From the NCBI RefSeq assembly GCF_009914755.1, contig NC_060929.1: a DNA stretch of 64,000 bases; one strand, written 5' to 3'. The stretch's first letter is position 1. Each line of letters begins with the position of its first letter. The translations under genes and the position numbers were made by a program. Of the stretch, positions 54,300-64,000 are shown piece after piece. Origin of the DNA: the human T2T-CHM13v2.0 reference genome, Homo sapiens. The notes beneath the pieces were generated by a model. It was not told the DNA's origin. It worked only from the letters and a program-made list of their open reading frames with translations, and did no database searches.

Positions 54300-56051
54300 A
54301 AAAAATAGTCACATAGACCAATGTAACAAAATAGCAAACCCAGAAAAAAAGCCAAATATTTACAGTCAACTGATCTTCAACAAAAACACACACACACACA
54401 AAAAAAAAAAACATAAAATGGGGAAAGGATACCCTTTTCAACAAATGGTGCTGGGATAATTGGCAAGTCACATGTAGGAGAATGAAACTGGATCCTTATC
54501 TCTCACCTTACACAAAAATAAATTCAAAATGGATCAAAGACTTAAATCTAAGACCTGAAACCATAAAAACTGTAGAAGATATCATCAGAAAAACCCTTCT
54601 AGACATTGGCTTAGGCATAGACTTCATGACCAAGAACCCAAAAGCAAACAGAACAAATACAAAGATAAACAGATGGGAATTAATTAAACTAAAAAGCTTC
54701 TGCACAACAAAAGAAATAGCAGCATAAACTGACAACCCACAGAGTGGGAGAAAATCTTCACCAACTATGCATCTAACAAAGGACTAATACCCAGTATTTA
54801 CAAGGTATGCAATCAAATCAGCAAGAAAAAAACAAACAATTCCATCAACAAGTGGACTAAGGACATGAATAGACAATTCTCAGAAGAAGATACACAAATG
54901 GCCAACAAACTTATGAAAAAATGCTCAACATCACTAATGATCAGAGATCAAAACCACAATGCAATACCACCTCACTCCTGTAAAAAGGCCATAATCAAAA
55001 AATCAAAAATAACAGATGTTGATGTGGATGTTGTGAAAGCGAACACTTTTACACTGCTGGTGGTAATGTAAACTAGTACAACCCATGTGGAAAACAGTGT
55101 GGAGAACCTCTAAAGGACTAAAAGTAGATCCACAATTTGATTCAGCAATCCCACTACTGGGTATCTACCAAGAGGAAAAGAAGTCATTATATGAAAAGAT
55201 ACTTGCACATGCATGTTTATAGTGGCACAATTCACAATTGCAAAAATATAGAACCAGCCCAAATGCCCATCAACCAACAAGTGGATATATATACACACAC
55301 CATGGAATACTACTCAGCCATAAAAAGGAATGAAATAATGGTATTCACAGCAACCTGGTTGGAATTGGAGACCATTATTCTAAGCGACGTAACTCAGAAA
55401 TGGAAAAGCAAACATTGTATGTTCTTACTTATAAGTGGGAGCTAAGCTATCGGAACACAAAAGCATAAAAATGATACAATGGACTTCGGGGACTTGGGGA
55501 AAAGGGTGGGAGGGAGATGAGAGATAAAAGACCACACATTGGGTACAGTGTACACTGCTCAGTGACAGGTGCACCAAAATCTCAGAAATCACCACTAAAG
55601 AACCTATCACGTAACCAAACACCACCTGTTGCCCAAAAACCTATTGAAATTTTTTAAGTGACAATAATAACGATGCATTGGGTGATTACACATATGGATA
55701 AGTGAAATTAATGACAGCAATGTCACAGAAATAGAAATTAGGAATTGGGAATGTTCTTTACTAAGGTACCTGTACTACATGTAAAGCAATATAGTATTAT
55801 TTAAAGGTGACTTCAATTAATTAAAAATGTATGTTTCAAATTTTATGGAAACCACTGAAACTATTAAAAAGAAGTATAATTGATACTCTATGAGAGGAAA
55901 TAAAATACAATCCTATAAAGGCTCAGCTAAAAAGAGACAGAAAAAGAAAGGGTAAAGAAATAAACAACAAATGCAATGAATATAAAACAGTTACAAACAT
56001 GGAAATTATTAATCAAATTATATCAATTATCCCTTTAAATGTGAATTGTCT

Positions 56052-56878
<827 letters not shown>

Positions 56879-56947
56879 TAAATGTGAATGGTCTGAATAC
56901 ACCAACTTAAAAAAAAGGAGATTGTCAGAGTGGATAAAAAAAAGGAA

Positions 56948-57250
<303 letters not shown>

Positions 57251-57309
57251 GACACAACTGCATGTTTTCTACAAGAAATCCATTTCAATTATAAAGACTT
57301 AGACATGTT

Positions 57310-57910
57310 AAAATCTTTTAATGACTTTTCATGGTACTTAGAATAATATGCCACATTCCTTACTAAGGGCTACAAGTTCTGTTGTCTGGCCCCTGCTATC
57401 TTTATGACTTCATTTCTTATTGCTCTTGTCTTTTGTTATTCTGCTCCAAGATGGAATTTTCTAGGCGTACTTCCACTTTCTGACCTTTCCATACGCTGTT
57501 CCCTTCACTTGACATGCTCGGATGTCGTCAGGACTTGCTCCATCACTGCCTTTAGATCATTAAGCAAATGTTACTTTTTCAGAAGGCCTTTCATAATCCC
57601 TTGTTTAAAATCTTAACTGCCCCCGCCACATATGTCCTTACCCTGCTTCATTTCTCCATAGCTATAACCTATTTGATGTTCTTACATTTTACTTTTTTGT
57701 TTATAAAGGTCTTTATTAACTAGAATAAAAGCCCATGAAAAAGCTATATATATATCTCTTCAGAAATATAATTTTTCTAATCCTATGTATAATAAATAAT
57801 GCTATATATATAATAAAAATATATATATATTTCTAATGTTATATCCCTAGGGCTTAGAATAGTGCTTGGCACAGAGTTGGTCTCAGTAAGTGTGCATTGC
57901 ATGTTTGAAG
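57310..57910 (+). mobile_element. L2a 3' region
   Basis: TCAGAAGGCCTTTC, CCCTGCTTCATTTCTCCATAGC, CCCTAGGGCTTAGAATAGTGCTTGGCACAGAG. Confidence 0.75.
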
Positions 57911-58495
57911 GAAAAATTGTTTTGTTAAATGCTGTTTCCTTAGTGCCTAAAATAATACCTAGAAGAATGGGAGCTAAAAAAAAAAAAAAAAAAAACAACT
58001 TGTTGAATGAGTCGAAGTAACACCGCATTATTTATTAGCTGAGCTTTGGAGAGAAACTCCAGCAAACTTAAGTGAGCTAGGCTGCTGCTCCATGTGGAGG
58101 ATTCCTTTTCTTAAGCAGGGCTGGCCTCAGATAGGCTCAGACCAAATAGGCCATGAGATCTGCATTGTTTTTTCCGCAGTGTCCCACCAGTGGTGTACTG
58201 GAGCCAGTTTGGACCATGATGGGACTATTTACATCACAGAAAGTGGCAGACCCTACAAATTAGTGTTGCCCGCCCCCCATCACCACACTCCTATGCTCCC
58301 CTCACTCCCCTGGCTTGGAAAGCTGCCGTTTTACTAGCCCAGCAGTGGGGGCTGGAAGAAGGCAGGAGGAATTTTCTCTTTGTTACATAGTAAAGGAGGA
58401 CATGAATTTTGACTTACTTGGGGAACCTAAAATACACACACACGCAAACATCCAATACCTGGGTTCCATTCGGACCTACTGGGTTAAAGCAGTGA

Positions 58496-58989
58496 TATAT
58501 TAGTTTTCTATTGCTGCTGTAACAAATTGCCACGAACTTAATGGCTTAAAACAACAAAAACTTATTCTTACACAGTTGTGAAGGTCAGAGTCTAAAATCA
58601 AGGTGTCAGCAAGGCTATGTTCCTCTTCCTGGAGGCTTCGAGAAAGAATCTGGGTTTTTCTTCGTGTTGTTGTTTTTTGGGTGTTTTGTTTTGTTAGGCT
58701 TTTCTCAGCATTTAGAGGCCACCTACGTTCCTTGCCTCACAGGCCATTCCTCTTATCACTGCAGCGCCTTCCTTTTATCACCACATCTCCCACTGTGGAC
58801 TCTGAGCCTCCTCCCTCTCTCTCTTAAGAACGCTTGTGATTACACTGGGCTCACCTGAATGACCTACTCACCTCCAGGTCCTTAATGTAATCATATCTGC
58901 AAAATTCCTTTACCAGACAAGGTAAAATAGTCACAGGTGTTGAAGATTAGGGCACGGATACTTTCAGAACCTTTATACAACCTACCACA
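58496..58989 (-). mobile_element. MLT1D-like MaLR solo LTR
   Basis: TATTAGTTTTCTATTGCTGCTGTAACAAATTGCCAC..TCAAGGTGTCAGCAAGGCT..ATCTGCAAAATTCCTTT..CCTACCACA. Confidence 0.88.
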
Positions 58990-59162
58990 AATGGTTTTCA
59001 AACACTGCTGAACACTAGAGTCACCTGGAGAGCTTAAAAATCCTGATGCCCAGGCTGCATCTCAGAACAGTTAAGTCAGAATTTCTGAGCTGGGACCTAG
59101 GCAGTCTTGTACTGAAAACTCTTCAGGTGATTCCAATGTGCAGTCAAGGTTGAAAAACACTG
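58990..59162. mobile_element. MER5A hAT-Charlie MITE
   Basis: TGGTTTTCAAAC..AGAGTCACCTGGAGAGCTT..CAGGTGATTCCAATGTGCAGTCAAGGTTGAAAAACACTG. Confidence 0.85.
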
Positions 59163-59825
59163 TTAGCGGTTTCAGGATGGGATCCAAGTGTGTTTATTAA
59201 AACATTTCCAGTTAAAGAGCACCCCTAATTTTGGCCTCCTATCTTTAAAACTGCATGGACTTTTTAATTTATATTCTGTTCGTGTGTGTCCTTCTCAACC
59301 TAAAAAGACTGTGAGTTCCTCAAGTTCAGGGCCATATTTTGCTTATCTTTCTCACCACAGGACAATGTGTAATAAATATTTGTTTAATGCATGAATAAAC
59401 ACTTTTTTAAAAACACTCTTGTTTACACAATTCATCTCAACACTGTTCTCTACATGATGAATGAAATATTTCTAATGCCTGTGGACCCTTAAAAACTTGT
59501 TAGAGGCATCAAGGGAGGGCACAGAGAAGGACTGAGTCATTTCAGTGGGAGAGGAAAACTGCTTCATCCATCGTCTCACTTCCCTGTTAGTTAACCCATT
59601 TCCTTCGTGAATTTCACCCTTGTGTTGTGCTCCACTTCAGTCTCTGCCTTCGCCTAATACATCCTATAGGATATACAGCATATTCCGTTCAGAGTAAGAG
59701 TGTTCCATATTCCCCAGCAATGTGGGTGTTGTAAATTGAGAAAATGGCCCACAGCCAGAGGAAGGTGGTACAAAGTAGTCTGTGTCAAGTTTTTTTTTTT
59801 TTTAATGTGGGCAACTACTTTTTAT

Positions 59826-60569
59826 TTGCATTTTTACTTTTTTCCATCTTTATTGAGGTATAATTGACAAACAAAGTTGCATATATATATATATATATAT
59901 GGTATACAATGTGATGATTTGCTATACTTATATATTGTGACATTATTACCATAATCCAGTTAGTTAACACATCTGTCACCTCACAGTTACCTTTTTTTCT
60001 TATTCTTTTTGGTGTGGTGAAAACACTTAAGATCTAATCTCCTAGCAAATGTCAAGTATATAAAACTTGTGAACTATAGTCACCATGCTGTGCTTTAGAT
60101 ACCCAGAACTTATAAAACTGCAAGATTTTACCCTTTGACCAGCACATCCTCGTTTTCTCCACCCCAACTCCCAGCTCCTGGCAACCACCATTCTATTCTG
60201 TTTCTATGAGCTTGACTTTTTTAGATTCCACATATGAGATCGTGCAGTGTTCGTCCTTCTGTCTGGCTTGTTTCACTTAGCATAATGACCTGCAGTTTCA
60301 TTCATGTCATCACAAATGGCAGGATTTCCTTCTTTTTACAGCTGAACAACATTACAGTGTGTTTTTCTTTACCCATTCATCTATTGATGGACAGTTAGTT
60401 TGTTTCCATATCTTGGCTATTGTGAATAATGCTGCAGTGAACACAGGAGCATAGATAGCTCTTTGAGATACTGATGTTGTTTCTTACATGATACTTCTAT
60501 CTTTAATTTTTTGAGGAACCTTCATACCGATTTCCAAAATGGCTGTACAATTTACATTCCCACTAATCA
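59826..60569 (-). mobile_element. L1MA9-like 3' end with TSD
   Basis: CTTTATTGAGGTATAATTGACAAA..CTGGCAACCACCATTCTA..TTAGATTCCACATATGAG; TSD GCA(A/G)CTACTTTTTT at 59811 and 60570. Confidence 0.85.
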
Positions 60570-60719
60570 GCAGCTACTTTTTTATATGTATAGGAGTTAC
60601 CTAGACATAGATGTGTATTGTGAGGTTTTAAAGGGATATGATTCTACTTTGAGTGGGAGACACTGATCCATCAGCGGGTAGAGAAGGCAGGTGATTTTCA
60701 AGAGGAGTCAATGACTCCC

Positions 60720-61160
60720 TGCTTTTTTCCCTCATTCACACTGCTCTGGCTACAGTGACCACCTTCTTCTCTGTAAACATTCCAGGCAAGGCCAAGCATT
60801 CTTCTGCCTGCAGGCCTTTGATCCAGCTGGTTGTTTCTTCATCTCAATTGCTATTCCCCAAGATGTCTACTGAGCTATCTCCCTCACCAAATGCAAGTCT
60901 TTCTCCATGTGGTGATCCCCACCATGCTCCTGTTCCCCTTACCGTTCTCTACTTCTTTTTTCCTAAGGTACTAACCACAATATGGTAACACATAAGAGTT
61001 TCATTTTTTTAATTTTTTACTCCAGCTGCTAGAATGAATGTTAAGTCCTGCAAGAGCAGAGATCTTTGTCTGTTTTGTTCACTGAAGTACCTCAAGCTCC
61101 CAGGACAGATCCTGGCACAGAGGTTGTACTCAAAAAATATTTTTTAAATAAATGAATGAG
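60720..61160 (+). mobile_element. L2a 3' end
   Basis: GCAGAGATCTTTGTCTGTTTTGTTCACTG..CCTGGCACAGAG..AATAAATGAATGA terminus. Confidence 0.85.
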
Positions 61161-61903
61161 GAAAAAGAATTTCAATCGAAACTAAAGAAACACAGAGAAT
61201 GATGCTATAGTAAGAAACTATGGAACTAAGCAATAAGAGCATAATATGGAGAAAATAAGATACATGGAGAGAGAGAAAACCTATATCCATGCCAGTGACA
61301 GAGGAGATATAAAGAAGTCAGCTATGAGGAAGGAGGTTGAGATGTCAATGCAGTTTTGGTTAAAGTTAAAATGGAAAAATTATGGTCCAATGGAAGAGAC
61401 TTATTACTCCTGAGGAATCCAGAGAAAGGCTGAAGACAGTAATTTAACTTAGGAATTGGAGGTGGAAGTGTATAGGTACTAATCATTTATAAGCTAAAAG
61501 TTCAGGGTTTTCAAAAAAGGCTAGAGAAGACAAAAGGGCATTTAAGGAGAGTGCCGACAAGCTGGGCCTGGGAAGAATTGTGCTTAATATATTTATATCT
61601 GAGCTGTCACCAAAAATGGTAATGGTGCGATTGAGTGCTTTAATTAAATCTGAGCTATGCTGACCGTACAATGTGAAAGTATAAGTATTAGGCTACATCA
61701 GGGGAATATGATTTGTGTCTGAAATTTCGCCACTCTCTGGCTGTTCATCTGGCTTGTGTGTGCTGCACTGCTCTGAACAATCAATGTTTGTAGCTGGGTA
61801 AGCGTGGAGGAGGCAATCTAGAAGGAATATCTCTAGGGATATTAGAAACAGGGGAGTATATAGATGGGGGGACCAAAATCAAGGATATGAGATAGCACTA
61901 CTT

Positions 61904-61936
61904 CACACACACACACACACACATACACACACACAC
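61904..61936 (+). repeat. (CA)n microsatellite
   Basis: Direct reading. Confidence 0.95.
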
Positions 61937-64000
61937 TTCTAATTGCTGTTTACCCAGTCAAGATCAGTAGAGACCATACTTTATACTATTCCTGTTTGCC
62001 TTGTGGAATTTAGCAGAGTGATAAGTACTTGAAATTGGTAACATTGATATCTGGGGATGGCTAGTGATATAAGGAGTATTTTTGGCAAAGGGTTTAAGAA
62101 GAGTAGGATTTCAAAAGTAATTGCTATAGTTCCCCGCCCCACCCCACCCTACACTGGGAAAGAACTGCAGGCTGACCTCGGACTATTAGGTAATATCACC
62201 TTATTGATTACATGAACCTGCTTAAACATCAGCGTTTTGTAAGTCTTACCAGGGGAAGGAGTTTCTCTAGAAAGCTGCCTGCCACTGTTGAGTCCTCAGC
62301 AAAAGTGAGCAACAGTCATCTTTTTTTAAAATTTTCTACTCCAGACAAATCAGGACATTTCTGATAAGTCAAACAATTCCACCTGTCTCCAGACTCAGCG
62401 TTTTGGGAGGAGGGGAGGATGAATGGCTTGAAGGATCAAGGTAAAGTGACACTGGGTAAAGCTAAAGCTTCCCCCTTCATTTTATTCTTCAGATGATTGC
62501 TTCTGAAATGGCTCTTTAAAATAAGAAAATGACTGCTAACACTATCATAAAAAGTCTTTTGAAGTCAAAACACCTTCTTCTCCTTGTCCCTGAATCTCGC
62601 TGATGAGCTTTGATCACTGGCATCATCCCAATCTTGTTTTGCTTTGATTGCTGACATAATGGATATGTTGTTATTTTCTGTAAACTCTACCAGTAGAGCT
62701 CAAATAAACTAATTAGCATCGAGGTTAATTAATAGGGAATAAATTGGCCTCATGAAAGGACAGATATGTATACAACGTTATTATGCACTGAAGACTGGAA
62801 ACTGAAAGGGAGAAAGATAGCATATGAGAAGACTGTGTTGCTGTTTTTATAGGATTAATAAGGCCAAGCTGTATTTATGTGCTTATTGAGAAATGGCACA
62901 CTTAATCTGATGTATCTTATTGTGAAGAACATTCTGAAAACAGGCAATATCCTCTTCATTAGTAAGATACTGTGGCAGCCTTTTCTCTTCTTCTAAGTTA
63001 TTTACTCTTTGGTGCTTTGGGAAATAAAACTTAGAAAGCTGGAAGACAGAACATCATGCTCTCCCTGACCCAAAGACATATACTAAAGGATAAAAGAGAG
63101 CAACATAGATAATATCAGCAGATTAAACACCAAGCACATTAGCCCTTTGAGTGTGTATTACACCAAAAAATTGCAAAAAAAAGATTGCTTTGTTGAATCA
63201 AAAACACACAGAATTTAGAAACTCACTTCATATCAGTTGCCAAATGAATATTGCTTATTATACTTTTTAGCTCTTTAAATAAAAATTATGACAGGAAAAT
63301 ACTCAATATTCTAGATGTCATAGTGATAATTCTAAGCAAAAACATGGACCAGCATGCAAAAGGCCTGTTTTTTAAGGCCATTGTTTCCATTTCAACCTGA
63401 AAGGGAAGGAAAAAAATAAATATTCTTGTACCCTCTGCACAGCCTGGCTTCTGGTATGAACATTTTTAACGTAAACAGTGGACAGTTTTACTACTACTTT
63501 TATTGACTTCTATCAGTGCTGACCATTGGTGAGCACCTTGGGCGATATCTACAAAAGAAAAAAGACAATGGAGGAAAATAAAAAGCCAAGAATAAAAGCT
63601 GTCCCCAAATACGAGGTATTAGTTATAGATTCTGAGTGTGAAAGGTTCAGGAAAATGGAAGCAGGAAGTACGGCAAGGAAAGCATGTTGTGGGAACTTCA
63701 GAGACATTGTTCAAGGTGTTGGTGGAAAATTTTATTTTTAGCAGACGCAAAAAGGTAGAATGACAATGTTAGCTATGCGTCTGAGAATATCTAAAGGGAA
63801 GACTGGCCAGGAAGATGGCTTGAGGAAAGATAAGGAAGCTGTGGTAAGACTCCAGTAGCCAAAAATAGATTTGACTTTTTTGTTTTGTCCAATTTCTAGG
63901 TAAAACTTCCTTTTGTGATGGGGGAAAAATGGAAATGCATTTCTTATTGCCAGGCTGAATGCTTGGCCAGAATACAACTCACCCGTGGGCTGCTAACAAT

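Larger units (their letters stand above)
48943..55655 (+). mobile_element. End-to-end L1PB (L1PBa 5' end, L1PB2-like 3' end) with internal deletion and a nested L1PA3
   Basis: 5'UTR ATGGCAGATAGAAGGCTGGACTAATTTGCAACTCCCACTC; ORF1 and ORF2 remnants; 3' end CACCACCTGTTGCCCAAAAACCTATTGAAAT; TSD AAGTGA(T/C)AATA at 48932-48942 and 55656-55666. Confidence 0.9.

Noticed and set aside
50881-55445. Run of plus-strand ORFs resembling an operon
   Set aside because: Broken ORF1/ORF2 of an L1PB plus the nested L1PA3; many stops and frameshifts
44430-55900. Minus-strand L1M (44430-48320) and plus-strand L1M (55667 onward) as one inverted element
   Set aside because: They overlap in L1 coordinates and look too different from each other, so separate insertions are more likely
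63526-63741. Lys/Glu-rich 71-aa ORF
   Set aside because: Non-ATG start, no convincing splice boundaries, no recognised homology

Overview
AT-rich, CpG-depleted primate genomic DNA, very likely human or another ape because it contains AluY and L1PA3/L1PA4-type elements. It reads as intronic or intergenic. I found no CpG island, no recognisable cellular protein-coding exon, no rRNA/tRNA and no CRISPR. Almost all long ORFs in the track are L1 ORF1/ORF2 remnants or Alu and simple-repeat artefacts. Roughly half the window is interspersed repeat: about 11 Alus/FLAMs, MIRs, L2s, MaLR/ERVL LTRs, hAT and TcMar DNA transposon fossils, a 5'-inverted (twin-primed) L1PA4-like insertion at 32.6-34.8 kb, and a 13-kb nested L1 pile at 44.4-57.3 kb whose insertion order can be read from target-site duplications. 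Items worth follow-up are: (1) several splice-site-bounded segments on both strands that may be lncRNA exons, four of which chain into an 80-codon open frame (post-hoc and weak); (2) a pogo/POGK-like DDE transposase fossil at about 1.3 kb; (3) repeated small templated inverted insertions; (4) a 29-bp perfect inverted repeat inside a compound microsatellite; (5) a few motif-dense candidate regulatory blocks. I did not find convincing evidence of a new biological system. Repeat subfamily calls come from recalled consensus sequences and need RepeatMasker/Dfam confirmation.
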